Assembly: GCA_000437915.1 (NCBI GenBank)
Contig: FR900999.1
Location: 230,479-294,478, forward strand
DNA length: 64,000 bases
Direction of reading: 5' to 3'
Source: Subdoligranulum sp. CAG:314
Lineage (GTDB): Bacteria > Bacillota > Clostridia > Christensenellales > CAG-314
Shown here: in pieces, positions 45,901 through 56,242 of the stretch
Numbering within the stretch: position 1 is the first letter of the stretch
Layout of the letters: every line of letters begins with the position of its first letter
Position numbers and translations under genes: made by a program
The notes under the pieces: generated by a model
What the model was told of the DNA's origin: nothing
What the model saw: only the letters and a program-made list of their open reading frames with translations
The model's database searches: none

Positions 45901-47421
45901 TCATTCCGTTTTTTCGTTTTCGGGAGCTTCGGTTGCGGTTGCGTCGCATTCGCTTTCCGCAGCTTCTCCGTCTTTTTCCGAGGACAGCTCCTGCGAAATA
46001 TCCACAGCTCCGCTGGAAGTAAGAGAAATTATCGAATCCTCCGATTTGTCCTCCTTTGTGTTGGGGATTATCAGATTAAGCACGATTGCCACGACTGTGG
46101 CGATTGCAAGAGGAGACAGCTCAACCTGACCAATCATTATTTTGAGTCCCGATTCGCCGGTAATGTCGCCCGCAAGGCTCATCGCTCCGAGTCCCAAACC
46201 TATTGCAAGTGTGGTGGAGACGACAATCATATTCTTGGAATTTGAAAAATCGACTTTCGCATCTACCAACGCTCTGAGACCGCTTGCGCTTATCATACCG
46301 AACAGCACTATGGACGCGCCGCCTATAACCGCGCTCGGTATAGTGGCGAGAAACTCGCCGAAGGGCACGAAAAGACCTGCCACAACAGCCATGCAAGCCG
46401 CCCAAAAAATATTTTTGGGGTTGTAATTTTTTGTTATGGCAAGCACTGCGGTATTTTCACCGTATGTAGTGTTTGCGGGACCTCCGAGCAAAGCGCTTGC
46501 AATGGTTGCGACGCCGTCGCCGAGAACGGTGCGGTGCAATCCAGGGTCTTTCATGAAGTCCTTGCCGCATACGGTGCTGTTGGCGTTGATGTCTCCCAAG
46601 TGCTCCATAAACGTAACGATTGCCAAGGGCACGAGCATAAGGATAGCCGAAACAAGCTGACTTCCGTCTATGTTGCCCAAGCCTTCCTTACCCCAAAAGC
46701 CCCAGATTTCTCCTGCCTGTTGAAAAATGACTATGTCGCCGGAAAATTGTCCTTTAAAAGAGACCAATCCTATGCAGGCGGAGTAAACGTAACCTACGAC
46801 AAAGCCGAGCAGGATGGGTATAACTTTAAGAAAGCTTTTGGGCTTGGCGTAAGCGTTGAAGCCTATTATGGTCAGCGCGGTGACGATTGCCGCCGTCCAT
46901 TGCTTCCAACCCTCGCCGCCGCCGTAAAAACCGATTTCGAGATAATTCCCGAATATATTGTTCCAAAACATTTTGGGTGCGAGTATCATACCGACCAGTA
47001 TGACGACGGGTCCTACGACAATGGGGGGAAACAGTTTTTTGATTTTTTCTACGCCGACGGATTTTATTACGACGGACAGAATTACGTAAACAAGACCTGC
47101 GCAGACAAGAGCTATCATAACGCAAGCCATGGCTTGATTCCATTCAGGCGAACCTAAGTTTTTTTTGTCGAGAATCGTGCACAGTCCGGGCAGAAATGCA
47201 AAGCTTGAGCCGAGAAAAACCGGCACCTTCTTTTTGGTGAGAAAGTAAAAAATAATGGTTCCGATACCCGCCGCAAGCAGCGCAATCGAAATGCTCATGC
47301 CGGCGAGAATAGGCACGAGTATTGTCGCGCCGAGCATGGCAAACATATGCTGAAAGCTTAAAACGAGGTTTTTGGCGGTTTCGCGCCCGTTTTTCCGTTT
47401 CGTTGGTTTGGTTTGTTCCAT
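45901..47421 (-). CDS. NCS2 family nucleobase (uracil/xanthine) permease with an acidic C-terminal extension
   Basis: N-terminus LSFQHMFAMLGATILVP, plus NTTYGENTAVLAITK (NCS2 signature region). About 60 extra acidic or Ser-rich residues at the C-terminus. Confidence 0.85.
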   Translation of the reverse strand: MEQTKPTKRKNGRETAKNLVLSFQHMFAMLGATILVPILAGMSISIALLAAGIGTIIFYFLTKKKVPVFLGSSFAFLPGLCTILDKKNLGSPEWNQAMACVMIALVCAGLVYVILSVVIKSVGVEKIKKLFPPIVVGPVVILVGMILAPKMFWNNIFGNYLEIGFYGGGEGWKQWTAAIVTALTIIGFNAYAKPKSFLKVIPILLGFVVGYVYSACIGLVSFKGQFSGDIVIFQQAGEIWGFWGKEGLGNIDGSQLVSAILMLVPLAIVTFMEHLGDINANSTVCGKDFMKDPGLHRTVLGDGVATIASALLGGPANTTYGENTAVLAITKNYNPKNIFWAACMAVVAGLFVPFGEFLATIPSAVIGGASIVLFGMISASGLRALVDAKVDFSNSKNMIVVSTTLAIGLGLGAMSLAGDITGESGLKIMIGQVELSPLAIATVVAIVLNLIIPNTKEDKSEDSIISLTSSGAVDISQELSSEKDGEAAESECDATATEAPENEKTE

Positions 47422-47473
47422 GTGAGAATTACCTCCTAAAAAATTTGGCTTAAGTAAAAAGGCTTAAAAAGCC

Positions 47474-47509
47474 TTAAAAAAATTCCCTACGGTTTAAGCA
47501 GGGAATTTT
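47474..47509 (-). terminator. rpsT intrinsic terminator
   Basis: Minus strand: AATTCCCT-GCTTAAACCGT-AGGGAATT followed by T7. Confidence 0.7.
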
Positions 47510-47521
47510 ATTGTTAAAGGA

Positions 47522-48145
47522 TTATTCGGGTTTTACGTCCTCGACGCTTGCGGGAGCTTTTTTGGTTGTTCTTTTAGGCTTTGCGGGAGTCTCTTCGGTC
47601 GCGGAAGCGGCGCCGTTTTCAGCGGTCGCTTCTTCTTTGGCTTTGGAAGAACTCTTTTTCGTCTTGGGTGCAGCCGCTTCGTCAGCAGTCTTTTTTGCGG
47701 AGGCTTTTTTTGCGGGCGCTTTGGCAGGTGCTTTTTTGGCTGCCGCAGCTTCTTCCTTTGCTTTTCTCGCCGCGCTTCTTTCCTGTTTCAACGCCTCTTC
47801 TTCGGCGGCTTTTCTCGCCGCTGCGGCGCGCTGCTCGGCCTGTTTGAGGGTTTTCGCGTCCGCCTTGACGACGATGATGCCTTGTTTCAACTGATGGAGC
47901 GCTTTTCCTATTTGCGCCTTTTTGTGGTTGGCTGCGTTTTTGTGAATAACGCCTTTGACAGCGGCGTTGTCTATCATCGAAGATGTTTTAGGGAGAAGCG
48001 ATTCCGCAAGCTCTACATTGTTTTCGGCTATGGCGGCGTTGAACTTTTTAACCGCCGTGTTCATCTGAGAACGAACCATTTTGTTTTCAAGCCTTTTTTT
48101 GTCGGATACCAAAACTCTCTTTTTAGCTGATTTAATGTTAGGCAT
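47522..48145 (-). CDS. rpsT: 30S ribosomal protein S20 with a long Lys/Ala/Glu-rich C-terminal extension
   Basis: Residues 1-88 (MPNIKSAKKRV....R.......S..KT..KK......) form a canonical S20. Residues 89-207 are low-complexity AKKA/PAKA repeats. Confidence 0.9.
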   Translation of the reverse strand: MPNIKSAKKRVLVSDKKRLENKMVRSQMNTAVKKFNAAIAENNVELAESLLPKTSSMIDNAAVKGVIHKNAANHKKAQIGKALHQLKQGIIVVKADAKTLKQAEQRAAAARKAAEEEALKQERSAARKAKEEAAAAKKAPAKAPAKKASAKKTADEAAAPKTKKSSSKAKEEATAENGAASATEETPAKPKRTTKKAPASVEDVKPE

Positions 48146-48309
48146 AATAAAAACACTCCTTGTGTCTGTACTTTAAAATTCGCTTTGATTATATTATCAC
48201 ACATCCGAAATATATGCAACGGTTTTAACCCTTTTTTATTAAAAAATTGTATATAGAAAAACTGTTTTTTCATATAATAGAGCATTGAAAAATCGGAAGG
48301 AAAAGAAAA

Positions 48310-49053
48310 ATGAAAGGAAGCATTTTGGTGATTGACAGCGGCGCGGGCGGCATAAGCACGCTTAAAGTTTTGAGAAAGGTTTTGCCTTACGAGGACTACA
48401 TATACTTTGCGGACAACAAGAATATGCCGTACGGGAACAAAAGCCGAGCCTTTCTCGCCGAAAACGCGAGGGCAATAATAAAAAAGGTTTCGGAGGATTA
48501 TGCACTCAAAATGGCGGTGCTTGCCTGCAACACTCTGACGGGCGCGGCGGTAAAAATTTTGAGAGAGGAGTTTCCCTCCCTGCCGATAGTGGGAATGGAG
48601 CCCGCTTACAAGCCCGCGGGCGAAAAGGGCGGCAAAACGGCGGTGCTCTGTACGGCGGTTACGGGAGAAAACCTTTTGCAAAGCAGCAAGCTGTACGGAC
48701 TTGACGCGAAAACAGTCGTTTTGCCCGACCTTGCGCTTTTAATCGAATACGGCGCTCCCGACGAGGAAATAACTTCTTACGTAAAAAGGTACGTTTCCGA
48801 CGGGGAATTTTCCAACATAGTGCTCGGATGTACGCATTACTGTCTCAAACGCGGGCTGTTTGAAAAAATGTTTCCCTCCGCCGCGGTTTTCGACGGAAAC
48901 GAGGGGGTCGCCCGGCGAGTCAGGGATTTGCTTCAAAAAAACAACTCGATAAACGACAGACATTTTGTGCCGAGCACCGTGCTTGTTTTGACCAGACCCG
49001 AGCGCTCTGAAATAAACAGATACGTCAGATTGCTGCGCGCGCCTGAGAGGTAA
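48310..49053 (+). CDS. murI: Glutamate racemase
   Basis: VIDSGAGGIS, YFADNKNMPYG, LACNTLT and GCTHY, which include the two catalytic Cys blocks. Confidence 0.9.
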   Translation: MKGSILVIDSGAGGISTLKVLRKVLPYEDYIYFADNKNMPYGNKSRAFLAENARAIIKKVSEDYALKMAVLACNTLTGAAVKILREEFPSLPIVGMEPAYKPAGEKGGKTAVLCTAVTGENLLQSSKLYGLDAKTVVLPDLALLIEYGAPDEEITSYVKRYVSDGEFSNIVLGCTHYCLKRGLFEKMFPSAAVFDGNEGVARRVRDLLQKNNSINDRHFVPSTVLVLTRPERSEINRYVRLLRAPER

Positions 49054-49191
49054 AACCGAATTGATTTCCATGCGTCCGTACAGAGCGAAAACAAAATTCA
49101 TAAATTTTGCCCGAAATTCCTTAAAAAGTATTGAATAAATTTTGATTTTGTTGTACAATGCACACATAACCATTTCAAAGAGGTAATCACT

Positions 49192-51267
49192 ATGGCAGGA
49201 ATTTCAGCAAAAAACATTCGCAACATAGCTCTTTTGGGACACGGCGGTGAAGGAAAGACTACGCTGGCCGAAGCCATATTGTTTAATGCAAAGGCAATAG
49301 ACAGGCAGGGAAGAGTAGACGACGGCAATACCACGATGGATTTCGACCCCGAAGAAATAGGAAAGAAGATTTCCATAAGTCTTGCAACGGCAAACGCAAC
49401 CTTCAAGGGCGTCAAGCTCAATCTTATAGACGTTCCCGGATTTTTCGACTTTGAAGGCGAGTTCGTGCAGGCCATGACGGTTGCCGACTGCGCGCTGGTG
49501 GTCACGGGTCCCGGGGGCACGCTGCCGGTAGGCACCGAAAAAGCATTGGACTACTGCGTGGCGCACAAAGTTCCCACCATGATTTTCATCAACGGAATGG
49601 ACAAGGAAAACGCCAATTATTGGGACACGGTAAACGCCGTTTCGCAGAAATATTCGACTAAGATAGTTCCGCTTATGATTCCTCTTATGGAAAACGGAAA
49701 GATGACGGGCTACGCCAATGTGCTCGAAGGGCTGTTTTACAAGGTTGGCGCGCACGGCGAAAACGGGCAGCCCTTGCCCGATTCCCTGAAATCCAAGTAT
49801 GAAGAACTCAAAGGCGTCGTTATGGAAAAGGCAGCCGAGAGCGACGAAGAGCTTCTTATGAAATTTTTCGACAGCGGAGAGCTTTCCGCTGAAGAAATGG
49901 TCAAGGGCATGAAGCAGGGCGTGAAAGAGGGCGCCGCGATAGGAGTGTTCGGCGGCAGTGCGCTTGCCAATTTCGGCGTATTCAATCTTATGAACAATCT
50001 TATTTCCATGATGCCCTCTGCGGCGGAAGCCAAGCCTGTCGTCGCTTTTGACGAAAACGACAAGCCGACAGAGCTTAAACCCGACGAAAACGCTCCCGTC
50101 GTGATTCGCATATTCAAAACAATTGCCGACCCGTTTGTGGGAAGGCTGAGTCTGTTCAAGGTCGTATCCGGTACGCTCAAAAGCGGACTTACCCTCAAAA
50201 ACGCCTCCAAGGACAGCGAGGAAAAAATCAGTTCGATTTATTTCTTGAAAGGCAAAAAACAGGAGACGGTGGACGCCGCCTGCGCGGGAGATATAGGCGC
50301 TTTGGCAAAGCTGTCCAACGCGACGACGGGAGACACTTTGAGCGAGGACAGGGAGCTTCGTCTGCCTCCGATAGAACTGCCCAAGCCCGTGCTTTCCATG
50401 GCGGTCTACGCCGCAAAGAAGGGCGACGAGGACAAAATTTTCGGCGGACTCAACCGCCTCAAAGACGAGGACATTTCCTTTACCGTTACCAAAAACGCGG
50501 AAACAAACGAAATGCTTTTGAGCGGCGTGGGCGAAACTCAGCTTGAAATCCTGTGCAGAAAGCTCAAAAACAAATTCGGAGTCGAGGCAGTGCTCAAAGA
50601 GCCCCGCATCGCTTACAGGGAAACAATCAAGAAAATGGCGGAGGCCGAAGGCAAGCACAAAAAGCAGTCGGGCGGCGCGGGACAGTTCGGTCAGTGCAGC
50701 GTGCGTTTCGAGCCGGGCGCGGCGGACGGACAGTTCGAGTTTGTGGACGCGGTTGTCGGAGGAGCCGTTCCTAGGCAGTTTATCCCTGCGGTTGAAAAGG
50801 GACTGCGCGAGGCAATCAAGGAAGGCGTGCTTGCGGGCTATCCCATGGTAGACTTGAAATGCACCCTGTTCGACGGCAAATCCCACCCCGTGGACAGCAA
50901 GGAAGTGGCTTTCGTCTCTGCGGCAAAGCTTGCCTACGCCGAAGGCGTTGCAAAGGCGGCTCCCGCAATACTCGAACCCATTTATCAGCTCAAAATCACT
51001 GTTCCCGAGAGTTTCATGGGCGACATTTTGGGAGACATGAACAAGCGCCGCGGCAGAATACTCGGTATGGAGATGGTGGACGGAAAGCAGGTAATCAACG
51101 CCGAATGCCCGTTGGCTGAGGTGCTCAAATACGCGACGGATTTGAGAAGCATGACTCAGGGGCGCGGCAGCTATGAGATGGAATTTGTCCGCTACGAGGA
51201 AGTGCCGGCAACGCAGGTGCCCAAAATCATAGAGGACGCCAAAAAACAGGCTGCCGAAAAAGAATAA
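49192..51267 (+). CDS. Elongation factor G paralog (EF-G2-like)
   Basis: Five-domain EF-G architecture. The G1 motif is GHGGEGKTT rather than the canonical AHIDAGKTT. Also DVPGFFDF and NGMDKE. Confidence 0.85.
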   Translation: MAGISAKNIRNIALLGHGGEGKTTLAEAILFNAKAIDRQGRVDDGNTTMDFDPEEIGKKISISLATANATFKGVKLNLIDVPGFFDFEGEFVQAMTVADCALVVTGPGGTLPVGTEKALDYCVAHKVPTMIFINGMDKENANYWDTVNAVSQKYSTKIVPLMIPLMENGKMTGYANVLEGLFYKVGAHGENGQPLPDSLKSKYEELKGVVMEKAAESDEELLMKFFDSGELSAEEMVKGMKQGVKEGAAIGVFGGSALANFGVFNLMNNLISMMPSAAEAKPVVAFDENDKPTELKPDENAPVVIRIFKTIADPFVGRLSLFKVVSGTLKSGLTLKNASKDSEEKISSIYFLKGKKQETVDAACAGDIGALAKLSNATTGDTLSEDRELRLPPIELPKPVLSMAVYAAKKGDEDKIFGGLNRLKDEDISFTVTKNAETNEMLLSGVGETQLEILCRKLKNKFGVEAVLKEPRIAYRETIKKMAEAEGKHKKQSGGAGQFGQCSVRFEPGAADGQFEFVDAVVGGAVPRQFIPAVEKGLREAIKEGVLAGYPMVDLKCTLFDGKSHPVDSKEVAFVSAAKLAYAEGVAKAAPAILEPIYQLKITVPESFMGDILGDMNKRRGRILGMEMVDGKQVINAECPLAEVLKYATDLRSMTQGRGSYEMEFVRYEEVPATQVPKIIEDAKKQAAEKE

Positions 51268-51469
51268 AATCTAAATTACAAAAACGGTCAAATTTTTTGA
51301 CCGTTTTTTTCAAAACCTCTTTTCGCAAGGAAGTTTTTGTGATATAATTAAACCGTGCCCTACGGGAGCAATGTTTTGTAGGCGTAAATTGGGCAACGGT
51401 AAAGCTGCCGTTTGCGGCGGCAAAAGAAATTTTATTTTTTATTTGACGAATCAAAGCAGAGAGGCTCGC

Positions 51470-53905
51470 ATGATATACAGAAATTACAATTTTACCGAAA
51501 CGGTCAAAAAGGCTCTCAATATCGCGGAAAGGATAACCGTAAAGGCGGAAAACAGCAGTATCGATACGCCTTACGTCGTATACGGACTTTTGAGCGTGGA
51601 CTGTGTTTCCAAAACAACCCTCAACAGTTTCGGCATTTATACTCACAATTTTATTTTGACTTCCGACAAAATGGCTAGGCAGCTACTCGATTTTTCGCCG
51701 CCTACAATCTTGGTGTTCGACCAGTCGAAAGCTCTTGCCAGGCAGGCGGACAGCAATTATATCGGTGCGGAGCATATTCTGCTTGCTGTTCTTTTGTCCG
51801 ATAACAATGCGGTACGTATTTTGAAGCACCTTGGCGTAGACATGAAAAAGCTGTTGATAAAAGCCGCGCAGGACGCCAATCTCATGCAGTTTATTTCTGA
51901 CAGAACAGGTCTCGAAGTGCCCGAGGAGGAAAAGTCCGAGGAGGAAGAAAACGGCGATTTGGGCGAGCTTGCCAAGTTCGGCACGGACATAACAAAAAAA
52001 GCGAGGGAAAACAAGCTGGACCCGGTCGTCGGCAGGCAGGAGGAAATAGAAAGGATAATTCAGATTTTGTCCCGCCGCACCAAAAACAATCCGGTGCTGA
52101 TCGGGGAGCCGGGCGTTGGCAAGTCTGCGGTTGTGGACGGACTTGCCGAAGCGATAGTAAACGGAAACGTCCCGTCTCTGTTGGAGGGAAAGACGGTGTT
52201 TTCTCTTGATTTGGCGGGATTGCTTGCAGGCACGAAATATCGCGGCGATTTTGAGCAGAGGCTGAAAAACGCGATAGATTTCATAACGAAAAACGGTAAA
52301 ATAATTTTGTTTATTGACGAAATTCACAATCTTGTAGGCGCGGGCAGCACAAGCGAGGGAAAAATGGATGCTGCCGAAATTCTTAAACCGCTTTTGGCGC
52401 GCGGCGAATTGCAGACAATCGGCGCAACGACTGTTGACGAATACAGAAAATATATCGAAAAGGAGCCCGCGTTGGAAAGGCGCTTTCAGCCTGTCATGGT
52501 AGAGCAGCCCACGGCGGACGAGACGGTTAAAATACTCGAAGGTTTAAGAGAAAAATATGAGGAGCATCATCGGGTAACAATTTCCGACGAAGCGATAAGA
52601 GCGGCGGCGAAGCTGTCGGATCGTTACATTTCCGACAGATTTCTTCCCGACAAGGCAATTGACCTGATTGACGAGGCGGCGAGCAAGGCAAAGCTCAAAA
52701 CCTTCGTCATTCCTCCCGAATTGAGAGAGCTTGAGGACGAGCTGCACGAGCTTGAAAAGGAAAAGAACAAAGCCAAGCTTTCCGACGATTTCAATACCGC
52801 TCAGCGCTGCAAGGACAGAATAGAGGAATTAAACGACAAAATAATCGTTCTTAAACAGCAGGTACAGGACAACTACGCAAAAGAACGCCCCACGATAGGC
52901 GAGGAGGACATTGCGGAAATCGTTTCCAAATGGACTTCCATACCGGTAGTCAAGCTCAACGAGAGCGAAGCGCAAAGGCTTTTAAATTTGGAAAAAATGT
53001 TGCACGAGCGCGTTGTCGGGCAGGACGAAGCGGTCAAAGCCGTCGCCCGTTCGATAAGACGGGCGCGCGCGGGAATAAACGACCCCAAACGTCCGATAGG
53101 CAGCTTTATTTTCGTGGGACCTACCGGCGTGGGAAAAACCGAGCTTACCAAGGCTCTGGCGGAAGCCCTTTTCGGCGACGAAAACCTGCTAATCACGCTG
53201 GATATGAGCGAATATATGGAAAAGCACACCACAAGCAAGCTTGTCGGAGCGCCTCCCGGATACGTCGGTTACGACGAAGCGGGGCAGCTTACCGAAAAGG
53301 TGCGCAGAAAGCCCTATTCCGTAGTGCTGTTCGACGAGATAGAAAAAGCGCATCCCGACGTGTTCAATATGCTTTTGCAGATTCTCGACGAGGGCAGACT
53401 TACCGACAGCCGCGGAAGGGTAGTCAGTTTCAAAAACACTGTCATTGTCATGACGAGCAACGTCGGCGCGTCTCAGATTTCGGGAAATATGCGTCTCGGT
53501 TTCGGCGGAGGCGCCGACGCGGAGTCGGAATACGACAAGATGCGCGACAAGCTTACGGAGGAGCTGAAAAAGAGCTTCAAGCCTGAGTTTCTTAACAGGG
53601 TGGACGACATTATTGTTTTCCACAAGCTTGACAAAGACGCCACAAGAAGAATCGCCGAAATTTTTACTGCGGGGCTTACTTCGAGGCTTGCCGAAAAGGA
53701 TATTAAGATAGTCTTTACCGAACAGGCGCTCGACCTGCTCGCCGGGCAGGGGTTTGACAAGGAATACGGCGCGCGTCCGCTAAAAAGAGTCATTCAGCGT
53801 CTTGTTGAGGACAAGCTGAGCGAGGCTTTGCTGGAAGGAAAAATAAAGAGCGGAGAACGTATAAAAATAGACGCCTCCAACGGCAAAATTCAATTCAAAA
53901 AATAA
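51470..53905 (+). CDS. clpC: ATP-dependent Clp protease ATP-binding subunit, ClpC-type
   Basis: Clp_N repeats, two AAA+ modules (GEPGVGKSA and GPTGVGKTE), and a short middle domain with the UVR-like motif [16 protein letters not shown]. Start at [10 protein letters not shown] after AGAGAGG. Confidence 0.85.
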   Translation: MIYRNYNFTETVKKALNIAERITVKAENSSIDTPYVVYGLLSVDCVSKTTLNSFGIYTHNFILTSDKMARQLLDFSPPTILVFDQSKALARQADSNYIGAEHILLAVLLSDNNAVRILKHLGVDMKKLLIKAAQDANLMQFISDRTGLEVPEEEKSEEEENGDLGELAKFGTDITKKARENKLDPVVGRQEEIERIIQILSRRTKNNPVLIGEPGVGKSAVVDGLAEAIVNGNVPSLLEGKTVFSLDLAGLLAGTKYRGDFEQRLKNAIDFITKNGKIILFIDEIHNLVGAGSTSEGKMDAAEILKPLLARGELQTIGATTVDEYRKYIEKEPALERRFQPVMVEQPTADETVKILEGLREKYEEHHRVTISDEAIRAAAKLSDRYISDRFLPDKAIDLIDEAASKAKLKTFVIPPELRELEDELHELEKEKNKAKLSDDFNTAQRCKDRIEELNDKIIVLKQQVQDNYAKERPTIGEEDIAEIVSKWTSIPVVKLNESEAQRLLNLEKMLHERVVGQDEAVKAVARSIRRARAGINDPKRPIGSFIFVGPTGVGKTELTKALAEALFGDENLLITLDMSEYMEKHTTSKLVGAPPGYVGYDEAGQLTEKVRRKPYSVVLFDEIEKAHPDVFNMLLQILDEGRLTDSRGRVVSFKNTVIVMTSNVGASQISGNMRLGFGGGADAESEYDKMRDKLTEELKKSFKPEFLNRVDDIIVFHKLDKDATRRIAEIFTAGLTSRLAEKDIKIVFTEQALDLLAGQGFDKEYGARPLKRVIQRLVEDKLSEALLEGKIKSGERIKIDASNGKIQFKK

Positions 53906-53948
53906 CTTTTACTGTTTGTAGAAGTAATAAGCATAAAGGAGAAATATC

Positions 53949-54488
53949 ATGAGACTCGAAATCACAACAAGAAATTATACCATGCGCGGCAACTTTAAGG
54001 ATATTCTCGAAAAGAAAATTCACAAGCTGGACAAATATTTCCCCAACGACGACGCCGAAGCAAAGGTGGTGCTTTCCACAAACGGAAAAAGCTGTCGTAT
54101 GGAAATAACGGTTTCCTCCAACGGTCGGCAGTTCAGAACGGAAGTGGACGGCAATACGATGTACTATGCAATCGACGACGCTTTGCCCAAGCTTGAACGG
54201 CAGATATTGAAGCACAAGGGCAAGCTGACCGACAAAGCCGGAGCGGCTGCGCCCGAATTCGGAGAGTTTGCGTTTGTGACCGGCGTGGAGGAGGAAAAAA
54301 CGCCGGAAATAGTCAAGACCAAAAAATTTGAAATTTATGCAATAGATGTGAAGGACGCAGTGGAAGAGTTGGAAATGGTAGGTCACGATTTTTATGTTTT
54401 CGTCAACAGAGCTACCGACAATGTCGAAATCGTTTATCGCCGCCACGACGGAAAAATCGGACTTTTGCAGCCTTACGTCAAAGAATAA
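53949..54488 (+). CDS. hpf: Ribosome hibernation-promoting factor, long form
   Basis: N-terminal S30AE/YfiA domain (M.LEITTRN......K..I..K..KLDKYF) plus a C-terminal dimerisation domain (GHDFYVF.N......V.YRR.DG..GL). Confidence 0.9.
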   Translation: MRLEITTRNYTMRGNFKDILEKKIHKLDKYFPNDDAEAKVVLSTNGKSCRMEITVSSNGRQFRTEVDGNTMYYAIDDALPKLERQILKHKGKLTDKAGAAAPEFGEFAFVTGVEEEKTPEIVKTKKFEIYAIDVKDAVEELEMVGHDFYVFVNRATDNVEIVYRRHDGKIGLLQPYVKE

Positions 54489-54557
54489 TTTTGTTTTGGC
54501 GGCAATCTTAAAATACTATTTAAAAAATAGTACCCCGAACTTTGTGTTCGGGGTATT

Positions 54558-54839
54558 TTATTCTTGCAAATTTTGCTTTTTCTTCTTTTCGGAAAGGCGT
54601 ATCGCTTCAAGAAAATCGAAATCCACTTTTTCCACGAAGTCCCGCGCTTTAAATTTAACATGATTGAATTTTTGCAGATTGGAGGCGTCCGTGGTCGTGA
54701 CGAGAGGCACGGGGCAGTTCAGTCTGTCGCATACGTCGGCAAGCAGGGCATGCAGCTCCTTGGCATTTTCCGCGTTGCCTTCCGTTACGGTATCTTTTAT
54801 TATCTTTTCGTTGCGTATTATTTTTATCCAAAGCTTCAT
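54558..54839 (-). CDS. Small conserved hypothetical protein (93 aa)
   Basis: Start at MKLWIKIIRNEK, with GGAG 7 nt upstream. No recognisable motif. Confidence 0.5.
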   Translation of the reverse strand: MKLWIKIIRNEKIIKDTVTEGNAENAKELHALLADVCDRLNCPVPLVTTTDASNLQKFNHVKFKARDFVEKVDFDFLEAIRLSEKKKKQNLQE

Positions 54840-54932
54840 TTGAGTCTCCGTCAAAACAATTATATACATTTTGAGTTTTCGAGGCAAACAAATCGGTTGC
54901 AAATTTTTTTCTAAATTGGTATCATTTATATC

Positions 54933-56129
54933 ATGGCTAAATTGGTTGTTTTGCCCTGCGAGGACTATTCAAAGGAACACGTATCTGCGTGCGTGGACAG
55001 TATTTTCGCTGATTTCGGAGGCGCGGAGGCTTTTCTCGTAAAAGGAAAAAATATTTTTATCAAAGCCAATCTGGTGACGGATTTGCCGCCCGAAAGACAC
55101 GGAACCACTCACCCGATGTTGGTGGAGTGCATTGCCCGCCGTCTCGTGCAGGCAGGCGCCCGCGTCGTTGTCGGAGACAGCTCGGGCGGCGCGTACACAC
55201 GCGCTTACATGAACAACGTTTACAGAGTGACGGGTATGACCGAAGCATGCAAAGCTTCGGGTGCGGAGTTAAACGACGATTTCGGTTTTTCGACGGTGGA
55301 TCTCAAAGGCAAGGTCAACCGTCATCAGGAAATTATCGACGTTTTTTTAAAAGCCGACGCGGTAATCAACGTCTGCAAGCTCAAAACGCACGGTTTCACG
55401 GGCTACTCCTGCGCGGTAAAAAATCTGTACGGTCTTATACCCGGACTTGTCAAAGCCGAGGTGCATTCCAAATATCCCGAGCTCGACGACTTTTGCGACA
55501 ATCTGATTGATATAGAAAGATTCGCTTCGGAGAAAATTTTACTCCATGTCGTGGACGGCGTAATCGGTATGGAGGGAGAGGGGCCCACAAACGGCACACC
55601 GCGTTTTGTCGGCAAAATCATAGCCTGCGACGACGCTTATATCACGGACGTCGCGGCGGTAAAGCTGTTTGACGAACCTTCGAAAATGCCGTTGCTTTTA
55701 AAAGCGGTCGAGCGGGGCTTGCTCAACTCCGATTTCGGCGCGTCTTGCGTGGATTATTCCGAGTGCGAAAAAGCCTACATCGAGGATTTTAAACGCGTGA
55801 GCGTGCTTCACGCCTTGTTCAACAAGCGCGGCTTTTTGCGCAGGTTTTTGCGCAAGGAGTGGGTTACCAGAAAGCCCGTAATAAAAAAGTCGGTATGCAG
55901 AGGCTGCGAAAAGTGTTTCAGACATTGTCCGCGCCAGGCTATAGAAATGAAATCCGACAAGTCAACGCAAAAGAAGAGAGCGTTTATCCACTCGAAGCAG
56001 TGCATACGCTGTTATTGCTGTCAGGAGCTTTGTCCTTTCAATGCGGTAAAGCTGAAAAAACCGTTTTTATACAGAGTTATGCGCGCTTTGTCGGTTTCCA
56101 AAAGCAAAAAAACGAAAAAACAGGGATAA
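54933..56129 (+). CDS. DUF362-domain protein with a C-terminal 2x[4Fe-4S] ferredoxin domain
   Basis: DUF362-like N-terminal region (IFIKANLV, HP.LV and VGDSSG). C-terminal CRGCEKCFRHCP ... CIRCYCCQELCP. Confidence 0.75.
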   Translation: MAKLVVLPCEDYSKEHVSACVDSIFADFGGAEAFLVKGKNIFIKANLVTDLPPERHGTTHPMLVECIARRLVQAGARVVVGDSSGGAYTRAYMNNVYRVTGMTEACKASGAELNDDFGFSTVDLKGKVNRHQEIIDVFLKADAVINVCKLKTHGFTGYSCAVKNLYGLIPGLVKAEVHSKYPELDDFCDNLIDIERFASEKILLHVVDGVIGMEGEGPTNGTPRFVGKIIACDDAYITDVAAVKLFDEPSKMPLLLKAVERGLLNSDFGASCVDYSECEKAYIEDFKRVSVLHALFNKRGFLRRFLRKEWVTRKPVIKKSVCRGCEKCFRHCPRQAIEMKSDKSTQKKRAFIHSKQCIRCYCCQELCPFNAVKLKKPFLYRVMRALSVSKSKKTKKQG

Positions 56130-56242
56130 AAACAAAAGAGCTGATTATACTTGACTGAAAGCGAAAAATTTGTTAAAATAAACGACAATAAACTCACCTG
56201 ACATTTTCGGGTGGTTTTTGTTTAATCTAAAAGAGGTGCAAA

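Noticed and set aside
49204-50886. Very long antisense ORFs opposite real genes. They include 560 aa opposite the EF-G paralog, 414 aa at 29301-30545, 387 aa at 40138-41301, 374 aa at 24221-25345, 391 aa at 16840-18015, 387 aa at 7357-8520, 319 aa at 1651-2610 and 314 aa at 4730-5674.
   Set aside because: In the cases checked (49204-50886, 29301-30545, 24221-25345, 40138-41301), the antisense codons are in exact register with the sense codons. For example, 50884-49192, 30543-29295 and 25343-24206 are all multiples of 3. A stop on the antisense strand would therefore require TTA, CTA or TCA in the sense gene. These ORFs simply reflect strong avoidance of those codons. Their translations are Arg/His/Phe-rich low-complexity sequence with no motifs. 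They are shadow ORFs, not genes.
51268-51320. GGTCAAA sequence upstream of the clpC-like gene, resembling a CtsR operator half-site.
   Set aside because: A CtsR operator is a tandem direct heptad repeat. Here GGTCAAA occurs once, and its partner is the inverted complement (AACGGTCAAA-TTTTTT-GACCGTT followed by T-run). That makes it the intrinsic terminator of the upstream EF-G gene.
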